This document shows positions 10,308 to 22,728 of a DNA stretch of 50,524 nt, piece by piece; within the stretch, counting starts at the first letter, position 1, and the number at the start of each line of letters is the position of its first letter. Made by a program: the position numbers and the translations under genes. Source of the stretch: Chromera velia (lineage: Eukaryota). Under the pieces are notes generated by a model. That model was not told the DNA's origin and searched no databases. It saw only the letters and a list, made by a program, of their open reading frames with translations. The stretch covers positions 1 through 50,524 of the forward strand of contig JAHBMJ010000342.1 of NCBI GenBank assembly GCA_018398765.1. Direction: 5' to 3'.

Positions 10308-13070
10308 CTTCGAGGGTGGCCGATAGAACTGGTCACTACTGGAGAGGAAGGGATAGATCCAGCTGGTCGAAGTTGAAAGGTCAAACCGCCACGATGCAGC
10401 ACTCGGTCCTCATGCAAATGAGGATGAATCTTGCAAGCTGTTCACTGACAGTCGACTGTGGGTTTTGTGCCGAGATGTGCACACTTGACGGGAAGTCTAG
10501 CTATTGCAGGCGAGAAACCATGCATTCTGAAAGGGGCCGTCAGTGCTGTCGCTGTAGCTGATCAACAGTTCTGCAACACTGCAGCAACAGCTAGTGCTGG
10601 TGGGGAAACACAACAACGCGCTACGCTACTGTCGCAACACTTAATTGCGCAATTATAACACCTGTTGCATGTTGCGCATGGCGCGCCGCCGCGACACATA
10701 TGGGGATGCATATCCCGCACGCCGCCGCATCCTGAGACCAGATCTGTCTGACAAGGTCGCCTCGGGCAGCTCAAACCGCACACCGTAGCACACCATATAT
10801 GTATATCTAACATGTGATGTGTTCAGCTCTGGGGTTGGGTTAAAGCCAGTGAGTCACCACTTAAGCTTTGACTAACGGTCACTAACCTGGTAAGGCTGGT
10901 ATGTCATTATAGAAATTTGTTTACTCTTTTAGTAACACTTCAAACCTCATAGCATTGAATTCGGTTCAAATTAGATAAGAATTCAACTTAGAATTAGGGG
11001 TTTCAAGTTATTTAGGATACTAAAAAAATGAAATTTAAAGTAAAATTCAGTAAAGACCCGACAATTCAACAATAAGTTCTTTAAACCCGTTTTTACCCAT
11101 TTTTTTGAAAAGTAAAAAGCTGTTTTAAAACAAATTCAAAATAAAAATGCAAATTATGCAGCACATAATAATAATATATGCCGCATATATATAGCACACT
11201 GATAAGTTTATCATGATTTTAATCATATCTTTGCACATGGTGTACGATTACTCTGCAAATTTTAGTGAATAACGCTTCAAGTTAGGCTTGAATCGCTTGA
11301 TTGTATGGCTTTTCTAGTTTTCTGCGTATTAAACTGTGAAAGGAAGAGAAGGTGGATCGATATTTTAGAGTAAGTCAGTAATAGAGACAGAAGAGTAAGA
11401 GAATGTATTGCATAGATGGACTGGTGGATTGCTTGAATCATCGGTAGAAAAGTGGAACAGACCCCCTCTGTCTCGTCCGATTGAAAATACATCTGCCGTC
11501 AGCAATCCCCTTTCCGTGAACGGATGAATAAATTTGAAGGTCCAGATGGAGATGCACCTCACTCAGCATGAATAGATAGATTGGATGAAAAGAAACTCAA
11601 AATCAACACTGGCATGCATGCAGGAGGGGCAATGGAGTGTCCCCAATCGAGAAGACAGTGGTTGCATCAGCGAATTATGCCAGATCGATCGGCTTTTCGT
11701 CTTCCCTTGCAAGCGTAGTGTTGAATCGAGATGGGACAGTCTGGACTGTCCCTCTTCGGATTCTTCTGCTTTCTATCTGCTTTCAAAGTCCAACTCACCA
11801 TCAATTCATCAATCGATCGTTGGTTTTTCGGCTGACGTCTTCCTTCCCTTTTTCTCCCTTCCTCTTTTCTAACTTGGAGGTGGAAGGAAAAAGAGCAGGG
11901 GGACCCGAAGAGAAGAAAGGAAAGAGAGAGCAAACGATTGATTGATCGACTCAGCCAGTCCGGTGCTGTTCTTTAATTGCTTCAAATGGGCAGAGAAGGT
12001 GAAAGAAGGGGGGCTGGGTTGATATTCAATTGAAAGTCAGTCCGGTTTGCTCGAGGGCTTTCCCTCCCTTCAGCAGACTGCCGCCTTCTGCCTGGAAATC
12101 TTTTTCGCTGTGCTTACTTGCGCCCATGTTTTCTTTTTGGCATCTTTTGGGTACTGGAACATTCTTCGTCTGACTTGGTTTCTCAGCGTGCGCTTGCTCT
12201 TGTGTGTGAAAAGATAAAAATGCAGAAACACACCGACGAAAGAAACGAAGAAAGGAGACCATGATGCGTAGTCAAAAGGATAAAAACGAAGTACCAGAAG
12301 TCACCTGCCATGCGAGAGCATTCTGTCTTTGTCTTTTCGTCTGGTGAATCGTGAAGAAACAGACAAATCCAATCAACTTCTTCCGGACAGAAGATCAACC
12401 AGCCCCTCTCGTTTGGACCCCTTAACCTCTCTCGTATGTGTAATTCTGGGACAGACAGACAGAAAAAGGATCAAACACACAAGGTCACCTGATTGGTAAA
12501 TCGATCTACAGGGAAGCAAAACTCCTTCTTCCTCTTCAGGGAAAAAAAAAGGCCAGACACACAATTATACAGAGAGTCGGACAGGCAGTCGGAATCCCAA
12601 GAGACTTCTCATCTCAGAAGAGAGACAGGCAGACACATAGACAGACAGACATGACAACCTTTTCTCCGTCTCCAAGCGATCCAAACAAACGCACACACGC
12701 GTACGCAGTCTCACTGAATTGGTTGAGAGAATGTCAGAATACAAAAGACAGACAACCTGCCGGTCTCTCCTTTCTTCCACAGTGCTCCAACTGACTCTCT
12801 CCCTCTCTAACTGACAGAAGCTGCTTCTTCAATCTGTCTTGCACCTCTATATTACGTCTCGATCTCCTTCTTAGAGACCTTCCTCTCCCCCCTCAACTTG
12901 CCTTCCTTCTATCTTCCCCTCCCTCCCTCCCTCCCTCCCATGACCATTCGCAATCCGTGAAGTGATCTATCTGGAAAGTTCTGAATTCAATGAATTACCT
13001 CCTTCAAACATTCACTCTAGAATTCCCCATGCAGATGCAACCCCACCACCCCCCACGCATGCAGAGGTCG

Positions 13071-14984
13071 TCAGAGGCTCCAAGGATTTACACGCGACGC
13101 CGTGCGAGAGGGTGTCGGCCCCTTGCCCTTGTTGGTCTCCGACACTTCCCCCAAAGACCCCCCCCTCGACTTACGCCCCACTGACCTAGACGTTGCCCCT
13201 CCCCCCCTTCCGACTGACACCGCACTAGTGGCAGAACTACTCACAGGCCCCACCCACCCCTGTTGTCTAGAGGATCGGATGGGAGCCGGGACTGACGCGG
13301 CTGACGCTTCTGCCTGTGTGCCTGGCTCGGGAACCGTACCACCATTCAGCCATCGTGATGCATCGGGAGGGGAACTTGCGGCGGCGCCTCCATCCCCACT
13401 CGTCGGCGCACCCAACCAGGTGGCGGCGCCAGGCTGAGTCGGCTGCTGCTGTTGTATGTCCCCAGGGCCCCCCCCAGTTTGTGCAGGAGGGGGGGCACCG
13501 TTGTGATCAAACCATGCCGGGGCCCCTGGTCCTGATCCCCCTGCCGGGGCCCCTGCAGCTGCGGGTCCTCCTGCTGATACCGGGGGAGGGCCCGTGGGAG
13601 TCGGGACGGTCGGACTGTAATTTCCTGAAATTACCCCCTTGTCTGTCACTGCACCGCCCCCCGTTCCATCAGGTTCGGCGTCCCATGGCTGCCGTGGGCG
13701 TGCTCCCTCGGGCACGGGTTTGCTCCTAGGGGGGGGCTTTGGGGGGAAGTCTTTGGGAATGTTGGGCTTTTTGGAGGGAGACGTGGAGACGGGAGTCGGG
13801 GTGGCCCCCGAGAGGATCGCGGCCCGGGCGGCAATCCCGGTCAGGCCGCTGCCAAGACCCGTGGGGGGGTAGCTCGGTTTGCCGTAGGATAGACTTGCAT
13901 TACCGTTAATAGGTCCTGCATACCCCCCCCCTTCATTCGGAAGAGTGGAGCGGGGTGGGGACTCTCCGGTAGGTGCTGCCGGAGCCCCTGGTACCCTCTT
14001 TCTTGGTTTTTTGGATTCCACGGGGACCCACTCTGCTTCTACTGCGTTCAGTCTGCCTGAATATGATTGGGGGGGTTGAAGTTGTTTGACTGGGAAGAAT
14101 CGTTCTCCTCTCTCAAATGCATCCATCAGCTGTTCCATCTGTTTGTTATTTGCACCCGCTCCGTAAATCTCAACTGGAAGCTCGTAGTTGATCAGCAGGG
14201 ACGCGTCTGCAGGTTCGGTCAGGAGCATGTGACTGTCTGACGGTGCGGGGTTGCATGTACATTGGCCCGTCTCCATCTCGTAATGAAATTTCTTCAAAGG
14301 ACAGGTCGCACGGTGACGTGCCATCACGGGCTCTCCTGTAACCCTGGCTCCATAATCCCCGTATGAAATTTCAGGACGGCCATTGCCGACGGGCACGGTG
14401 CCTGCGGGGACCCAGGCACTGGCCCCGGAGGGGGGGGGCATTTCGTTTGGGTGGATGTAAACGCTCTTGGCCTCTCGTCTCACTGCCGTCTCCCTGTCCT
14501 TTCTGATATACCCAGGACGGTAGACCATCGACCCCCCCGACTGCTCTGCCCGTGCCAGAGGGCTGCCCATGCTTCGTCCTGTGGGGGGGAGGTACTCGTC
14601 GTACCCCCTGGAGGGGCCCTGGCCAGAGGGGCCCCCACCACCTCGTGTCTGTGCAGAGGGCCCAGGATAATCAGGCAATCCAAATTGATCAAAATGCTTC
14701 AATGCCTGAACCACCAACGGTCCCATATTCTTCGTCTCTCTCTTCTGTCCCCCCTGCCCTCCTGCCCCCGCCGCCCCCATACCCTGAAAGTCTCGACGCG
14801 CCGCCGCAACCTCTGCAGCGCTTCTTGAGCGATTGCAAATTTCTTCCAACGGATCGGGGACTTGGGGGACTTTCACTTCCTGCTTGATCATCTTCTCCCG
14901 GGGTGGCCCGGCAATGCGAACACTCTCCCCCGCATTCGCCCCAGTCACCGTAGGACGGCGCGCGGGGGCGATGAGGGCTAGCAT
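13071..14984 (-). CDS. Pro/Gly-rich hypothetical protein, large exon of 637 aa
   Basis: 1.9-kb stop-free frame of coding-like composition, with a short Cys/His patch (HRATCPLKKFHYEMETGQCTC). A possible GTCAGT donor near 13185 means the true 3' end may lie further left. Confidence 0.65.
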   Translation of the reverse strand: MLALIAPARRPTVTGANAGESVRIAGPPREKMIKQEVKVPQVPDPLEEICNRSRSAAEVAAARRDFQGMGAAGAGGQGGQKRETKNMGPLVVQALKHFDQFGLPDYPGPSAQTRGGGGPSGQGPSRGYDEYLPPTGRSMGSPLARAEQSGGSMVYRPGYIRKDRETAVRREAKSVYIHPNEMPPPSGASAWVPAGTVPVGNGRPEISYGDYGARVTGEPVMARHRATCPLKKFHYEMETGQCTCNPAPSDSHMLLTEPADASLLINYELPVEIYGAGANNKQMEQLMDAFERGERFFPVKQLQPPQSYSGRLNAVEAEWVPVESKKPRKRVPGAPAAPTGESPPRSTLPNEGGGYAGPINGNASLSYGKPSYPPTGLGSGLTGIAARAAILSGATPTPVSTSPSKKPNIPKDFPPKPPPRSKPVPEGARPRQPWDAEPDGTGGGAVTDKGVISGNYSPTVPTPTGPPPVSAGGPAAAGAPAGGSGPGAPAWFDHNGAPPPAQTGGGPGDIQQQQPTQPGAATWLGAPTSGDGGAAASSPPDASRWLNGGTVPEPGTQAEASAASVPAPIRSSRQQGWVGPVSSSATSAVSVGRGGGATSRSVGRKSRGGSLGEVSETNKGKGPTPSRTASRVNPWSL

Positions 14985-16130
14985 GGCTGATGCTTATGCA
15001 CTGGTCCTTCTCTTCAGTTAAATGGGGGTTTCCTCTTCTCCCTCCAAGTTTCCTGTCCCTATGGAGTGAGGGTCTCAGTCAAACTGCACACACACGCACT
15101 CGAAACTTTGAAGCTCATTGCAGAGGAATCTGTGATGCCGCCCAAAGTTTCCTTAAATTCTTCCTGACGCACTGATGCATGCGAGAGATGGAAATAGAGA
15201 AGATGGAATCGCAGGGGATCAAAAGTCTGCTCGACAGTGAGACAGAAGACAAAGAGAGAGCGACAGGGGCATCGAGGAGAACAGGCGGATAAACTGAGAA
15301 AGGGGTTCTTCTTCAGTCCACATCCACGCAGATAAGCTGACATGCAAATGAGTCAGACACAGAGACTGCCAGACACACAGACGACTGTCGGAGAGACCGA
15401 CTGACTGACAGACAAGCCAGCAGACACAGAGATGAAGAAAAGATGGAGAGTGTGCAGAAGGATTGGAGAGTCCCAGAGAAGGAACGCGCGGTGCATCAAG
15501 GGAAGAGGACGTGAGAAAGAAAGGAGGGAAGGCGAGTCGATTCGGAGAGGGGATGTAGAATCGGACCCTGCCGGGTAGGCAGAGGGAATCGGGTTCATGC
15601 AGAGAGGGGCGAAGAACCGCGACTGACATATTGAGAAAGGCTATTCTCGTGGTCTTTTCACTCCTGTGTGCGGGTTTTGCGTGCCGACACTCCACTTAGT
15701 GGCCCTGTGCTGCTCGACACTCTGTGCACTTGTCAGAGAGTCAGTTTACCCATGCACACCTGGCTTCCTTCGCGTCGCCCCTCCAGAACAAAATACAAAT
15801 GGATCAATCGATCGAATGAAATCTCTGCTGTGCCAGGTGATGTGTCCACACAGCTGGGATCTCCGAGGCCGCCTCTCTGAGGGCAGATCGGAGCCTCTAG
15901 ATGTGTGTAGACAAATTGGAGGGGCTCCACACCGAATCGAACAGTGAGCGCAGTGGTCAGGCTGAAGGAGAGACCACCCGTTTGCACAAACTGCTTGCCA
16001 AAGTACCCGTCCGGTTGAAAACCCATATATACGTAACACACAGAACAAGGCGTGATGAATCGTCGGAAAGAAAGTTCTCAATTTGTTCATTCAATCTAAT
16101 TCAATTATATCGATAATTAAGATGTATATA

Positions 16131-19100
16131 TACCCCTGCCCTTGAATTTGGCTATGGAGGGGCGGTCTGTCCTAGACAATCTTTTGACCCGTCGGGCCAG
16201 CACCCCCAAAGACGGTCTGATGTAGTTAGTCTTGGGTACCTGCATACAGTAAACAAACAACAGTATGCCATCTCCAACAATTCAACTGGGGTGCTCACAT
16301 ACATTCACAAGAAAGGCGAGGGGGGGACACGCTGACCAGCAAGACACGCACACACGGCCAAAAGGGTCATCCCTCTCTACGCAATGCGATCATGCTACTT
16401 TCGAGAGAGAGAGCAATACATCTTCAGTCAAAATGCTGGCTTATGTTTGTTCCCCCCTGCTCATAAAGTAAGCAATACATAAAAAATTGAACCCTAAAAG
16501 TCGACATTTTTACGAAATAACCTGCGGGAGTTTTCCGGAAAAGTTAAGAGACTACAGAACAACACTTCAAAGAATCAAAGAAGCCGTCTACCATCTCTCA
16601 CTTCAACAATTCACACAGAGAAGAAAGCAAACTCTGACTGAGTCTGATTGGTTGTCAATGCATGTACGCATGATTCAAGCATGGCGGGTCCCTGGCGTAT
16701 AGGCCCGGGCCCTGGCACGAGTGCTCTGTATTGGAGGCCCGCACATTTTTTTTTCCCATAGCAAAATTCAAGGGCAGGGGTTTCGTAGAGCAAATACAGA
16801 AAAATGCGTTTTTCTAGAAAACAGATTTTGCTACTGGACTGACTGTTGCTTGCAGAATTTTGGCAGAAGGAGAGCCGTTCAAAAGAAAAGCCAATAAGGA
16901 GAGTATGTGTGGGGGTGCAATGCGTCGACACAAGAGGTTTCAGAGGAAGCGAGACCCAATCAGAAACAAAAGAGAGCAAGAAGCGGGGAGACGGCGCTGT
17001 TGCTTGCATACAGAAAGGGCCTGCCTGCCAATCATCCTTTTCTAAAAAGAGAGAGAAGACTGACTGACCAGCTATGCAGCCGCCTGTCGGCTCCCTGGAT
17101 CCACTGGACTTCCCTGCAGCTAAAGAAAAGGTCAGTTGCAAAGTGGACAGAGCAGCAACACTGCACACACTCCTTTCTGGACACAAAACACATGTGCACC
17201 TGCTCGTTCAATCACTCCTACCTACCCATCCTCGCCCCCACCCTTCNNNNNNNNNNNNNNNNNNNNNNNNNNNNNNNNNNNNNNNNNNNNNNNNNNNNNN
17301 NNNNNNNNNNNNNNNNNNNNNNNNNNNNNNNNNNNNNNNNNNNNNNNNNNNNNNNNNNNNNNNNNNNNNNNNNNNNNNNNNNNNNNNNNNNNNNNNNNNN
17401 NNNNNNNNNNNNNNNNNNNNNNNNNNNNNNNNNNNNNNNNNNNNNNNNNNNNNNNNNNNNNNNNNNNNNNNNNNNNNNNNNNNNNNNNNNNNNNNNNNNN
17501 NNNNGGATATGCATCTATGGATGTCCACGTATACACGTCTATGCCTGCCTGCCTTCACACACACACATCCGCGCTCACACACGCTCTCACACACGGCAGA
17601 GGCAGGGTGCAGGCAGCATAGGAGGGAAAAACTAACGACCCCCGACTTTTTGAGATACTCTGTGTGTGAAGAGTCTGTGCGCTCCCGGACCTTTTGCATG
17701 CAGCAAATTTCCCCCATTATCCCTGTCCGAACAGAAAAAAAGAAAAAAGAAACTGACCTCCACGATACCCCTGCCCTTGAATTTGGCTATGGAGGGGCGG
17801 TCTATCCTAGACAATCTTTTGACCCGTCGGGCCAGCACCCCCAAAGACGGTCCGGTGTAGTTAGTCTTGGGTACCTGCATACAGTAAACAAACAACAGTA
17901 TGCCGTCTCCAACAATTCAACTGGGGTGCTCACATACATTCACAAGAAAGGCGAGGGGGGGACACGCTGACCAGCAAGACACGCACACACGGCCAAAAGG
18001 GTCATCCCTCTCTACGCAATGCGATCATGCTACTTTCGAGAGAGAGAGCAACACATCTTCAGTCAAAATGCTGGCTTATGTTTGTTCCCCCCTGCTCATA
18101 AAGTAAGCAACACATGAAAAATTGAACCCTAAAAGTCGATATTTTTACGAAATAACCTGCAGGAGTTTTCCGGAAAAGTCAAGAGACTACAGAACAATAC
18201 TTCAAAGAATCAAAGAAGCCGTCTACCATCTCTCACTTCAACAATTCACACAGAGAAGAAAGCAAACTCTGACTGAGTCTGATTGGTTGTCAATGCATGT
18301 ACGCATGATTCAAGCATGGCGGGGCCCTGGCATATAGGCCCGGGCCCTGGCACGAGTGCTCTGTATTGGAGGCCCGCACATTTTTTTTTCCCATAGCAAA
18401 ATTCAAGGGCAGGGGTTTCGTAGAGCAAATACAGAAAAATGCGTTTTTCTAGAAAACAGATTTTGCTACTGGACTGACTGTTGCTTACAAAATTTTGGCA
18501 GAAGGAGAGCCGTTCAAAAGAAAAGCCAATAAGGAGAGTATGTGTGGGGGTGCAATGCGTCGACACAAGAGGTTTCAGAGGAAGCGAGACCCAATCAGAA
18601 ACAAAAGAGAGCAAGAAGCGGGGAGACGGCGCTGTTGCTTGCATACAGAAAGGGCCTGCCTGCCAATCATCCTTTTCTAAAAAGAGAGAGAAGACTGACT
18701 GACCAGCTATGCAGCCGCCTGTCGGCTCCCTGGATCCACTGGACTTCCCTGCAGCTAAAGAAAAGGTCAGTTACAAAGTGGACAGAGCAGCAACACTGCA
18801 CACACTCCTTTCTGGACACAAAACACATGTGCACCTGCTCGTTCAATCACTTCTACCTACCCATCCTCGCCCCCACCCTTCGAACACATACTCCATCCAT
18901 CCAGTAGTCTCTCACTCTGCCTTTCTTGCTGCTTGCCTGTCTGTCCACCATTCTATCTATCATTCACTCAGTCAGCGCAAGTCAAGCAGCCATGCAGTGA
19001 GTCAGAAAGTTAGTCAGAAAAACCCCAAAGACAATGGGTGCCCGCGCGGATATGCATCTATGGATGTCCACGTATACACGTCTATGCCTGCCTGCCTTCA

Positions 19101-19961
19101 CACACACACATCCGCGCTCACACACGCTCTCACACACGGCAAAGGCAGGGGTGCAGGGAGCATAGGAGGGAAAAACTAACGACCCCCGACTTTTTGAGAT
19201 ACTCTCTGTGTGAAGAGTCTGTGCGCTCCCGGACCTTTTGCATGCAGCAAATTCCCCCCATTATCCCTGTCCGAACAGAAAAAAAGAAAAAAGAAACTGA
19301 CCTCCACGATACCCCTGCCCTTGAATTTGGCTATGGGGGGGCGGTCTATCCTAGACAATCTTTTGACCCGTCGGGCTAGCACCCCCAAAGACGGTCCGGT
19401 GCAGTTAGTCTTGGGTACCTGCATACAGTATACAAACAACAGTATGCCGTCTCCAACAATTCAACTGGGGTGCTCGCATACATTCACAAGAAAGGCGAAG
19501 GGGGGACACGCTGACCAGCAAGACACGCACACACGGCCAAAAGGGTCATCCCTCTCTATGCAATGCGATCATGCTACTTTCAAAAGAGAGAGCAACAGAT
19601 CTTCAGTCAAAATGCTGGCCTGTGTTTGTTCCCCCCTGCTCATAAAGCAAGCAACACATGAAAAATCGAACCCTAAAAGTCGACATTTTTACGAAATAAC
19701 CTGCGGGAGTTTTCCGGAAAAGTCAAGAGACTACAGAACAACACTTCAAAGAATCAAAGAAGCCGTCTACCATCTCTCACTTCAACAATTCACACAGAGA
19801 AGAAAGCAAACTCTGACTGAGTCTGATTGGTTGTCAATGCATGTACGCATGATTCAAGCATGGCGGGTCCCTGGCGTATAGGCCCGGGCCCTGGCACGAG
19901 TGCTCTGTATTGGAGGCCCGCACATTTTTTTTTCCCATAGCAAAATTCAAGGGCAGGGGTT
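16131..19961. mobile_element. Non-autonomous A-B-A-B-A element: three 652-bp TIR-bounded units separated by two copies of a spacer of about 892 bp
   Basis: A1 16131-16782, A2 17766-18417, A3 19310-19961. B1 16783-17765 contains an N gap; B2 is 18418-19309. Each A begins TACCCCTGCCCTTGAATTTGGCTATGG and ends CCATAGCAAAATTCAAGGGCAGGGGTT. TATATA lies at 16125-16130 and 19962-19967. No transposase or RT motif is visible. Confidence 0.85.
17247..17504. other. Assembly gap (258 N) inside repeat unit B1
   Basis: Run of N. The equivalent segment in B2 (18882-19047) is only 166 bp. Confidence 0.98.
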
Positions 19962-21471
19962 TATATAGAGCTGAAAAAAAAAGCTTTTTTATACCCTCTT
20001 GGCTGGGTTGCGCTCGGAACGCGCGCAGAAAATACGACTGTATAGATCGAGTCGCGCTTTTTCTCCCAAAACCTTCTCAGGAGTCTGACAGGACGGTCAT
20101 ATAGCTAGGACCAAAAGTCAAACAACTTTTTAGGCATCAATCCGACGTTTAAACTGATTTTTTGCTCCTAAAACCCGCGCGTCATCAGTCATTTTTCTGT
20201 GTATAAATCGGACTTTTCCTCTTGAAACTACTCAAAACTCAAGATAACTCGAGACTAGTCCATCTAAACAATAAATCAATTTATATCAAAACATACAATA
20301 CTATTTATATACGTTTTTCTATATAAATTTATATGAAACGTATGATCGTTCATCACTATGATGTAAGATCACGCTGATATCACACTATGCGGTCGGACAT
20401 TCGACATTGGGGTGGGAAGCCAATCCTCCGGACATAAATCCTAATCCTAATCCTATTACCTGAAAAACATCTCTTAACATTTTTTTAAAAATTAAAATTA
20501 AGAAAAAAAAAAAAATAATTCAAGTTTTACAACATTTTTTCAATAAATGAATGCTTAGTTCGTAACTGATACGTTTGGACAAGACGATGCATGTATGCGC
20601 CGCGCCGCCCTAGGCGCCGCCGCCTGAGAGTTGAAAGTCCACCTAGGGTTTGGTACCAATCTATCCACCAATATCAATCAATCAATCAGTCAACCAATCA
20701 TAATGAAATGTCACCACTGGCAGCGTTGTTTTCGACACTTTTCCACAAAAGAAACCTTGTGCAAGGGCGTCAGACATGCATGAACAAGAATTTTGTTTGC
20801 TTAATTGTCTAAAAGGTCTAACTTTCAAAGCCAAAAATTGCACTCCTTCGAACTCTCTCCTTTGGAAAATGATTTTTGCAGCGGTCTGAAGGGTAGCCGG
20901 CCAGGAGAAGCGTGGTCACTCAACGCGGCCGGAGGGTTGGTCGCGAACTTGGGAGACCGGACACAGACATGAGGGGTGCATCCACGCATGCAAACAGAGG
21001 ACGCATGACAGACACGGAGGTTAAGGCAGTGTCCGACCACAAGACCACGAAGTGGACATGCGCAGAGTACATGCACACACTGCGTGCAAACAGCAGGTAA
21101 GCAGGTAAACAAGCAAGCACGGATCGATGCAACTTTCTCCCCCTCTCATCGACCGTGACTGCAGTCCTTTCTGATGACAGAAAAAGTTCCTTCTGTCTGC
21201 CTTCCCTCACTCCTCAGGAGCGCAGATCGAGGAGGTCTCTAGACATTCGTTCCCACCCCTGATCACGTCTCAAGCCCGTGTGACCGCGCAATCACCTCCC
21301 CCCCCTTCGTGCTAACAGAAGGATGATCTGATCTTGACTCTCTGTCCGGGGGTGTACTCGAATACCCCCATCCATCCTCTGTCTTCCGGACCACCCCTCA
21401 CCACCAACACCCCCAACAAGCCCGGTGCGTCAGATCCCGGCACCCACCCACGTCGCCCTTCTTATGTCAGA

Positions 21472-22680
21472 CTACGCATGCACTTCGCCTGCGGGGGCAG
21501 CTTGGGCACCCGCACCCGCGACTGCCCCTTCTCCTCCCATTTCTGCTGCTGCATGGCGGGCGGCGGTTCCCTTCAGGTGCTCGGGAGTTCCGGGGATCTC
21601 CAGCTGCATTCATTTCGGAAGGCAGGGTCAGACAAACGATGGATGATAAGAGGTTAAAAGAGAAAATGCTGTGAAGAAGAACGGAATGGACCAGCTGGGA
21701 TTCCCGCAGCGAGAGGAGAGGTCCTTATACATGCATACATACATACATGCATGCGGGGTTCAGGAAGGAGGGCAGCAGGGATACATGATGGAATCGAATA
21801 AAGGAGCAGCAAGGGTCGAAAAAAACCACCCTAGAGGGATATGCCTTTCAACTGGTCAGAGATGCAGGGGGGGAAATGGGCAAGAAGGCAGGTTGGCAAG
21901 AAAGGTTTTACGGGGGTCGAGAGGAGGGACGGAAGGAAGAAAGAAAGAGCAGACCCATCAGTTTACTGCATGCATGCTTTCCTCCTTAGATCTCTGTCTC
22001 TCTTTGGTCTTCCTTTTTTCTTGTCTTTCTGTCGGAATCTCCCCAAGTTTGCGTCTCCACCGGGAGACAGGGAAGGAAATAAAACAACTAAATTTCTTGA
22101 CCGACAGACCTCCTCCTTGGAGCCTTCCTCCTTCTTCGGCTGCCTCAAGTCCAACTTCATGTTCTTGAACCCGAATCCTCCTGGGGCCCTCGGAGCGAGG
22201 GGCCGTGTGGGGGCAGGGGGTCTGGTGGGGGCGGCCGCCTTCTTCTCTGCCTTGGCAGCTGCGATTTTCTTCCTGCGTTCCTCCTCTGCCTCCTCATGGG
22301 TGTAGTTGCACGTCGCGTTGGTGCAGTTCGACCCTGAAGGAAAGGAAAGGAAAGGAAAGGAAAGGAAAGCAAGGGAAGGAGGGTGGAGACTTTTAGTGGT
22401 ACAGAGAGGAAAAACAGGCGAGAACGCAAAAAGAGGGAAAAAAGAAAGAAGGTTCTCGAAAGAGCAAAGAGAGCGGGGGACGGAAGAGAATGTAAGGGTG
22501 AAACGAAGAATTTTGACAAGCACCCGGCAGGACGCGTGGGCTGCGTACATGACCGATGGACACAAGGAGAAACGAGAGGGATATCTATGTACACTGCATG
22601 GCACCGACTGCTTGTTTCGATTGGAATCGAAAGAAAGAGGAGGGCGCGCGCACACACAGAAATACATATTTTAATACACA

Positions 22681-22728
<48 letters not shown>

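Noticed and set aside
11280..12960. Additional coding exons
   Set aside because: Minus-strand splice-like signals exist, but no coherent reading frame could be assembled.
16265..19881. Repeated short ORFs in the A/B units as genes
   Set aside because: They recur only because the DNA is repeated. Stop positions differ between copies and no transposase, RT, integrase or recombinase motif is recognisable.
16131..19961. Canonical LTR retrotransposon, piggyBac or Tc1/mariner assignment
   Set aside because: No TG...CA termini, no TTAA, and the right end is followed by TT rather than TA. The purine tract in B is about 14 nt from A, not adjacent.
20437..20455. Telomeric repeat relic (AATCCT)n
   Set aside because: Only about three units, and not a canonical TTAGGG or TTTAGGG repeat.
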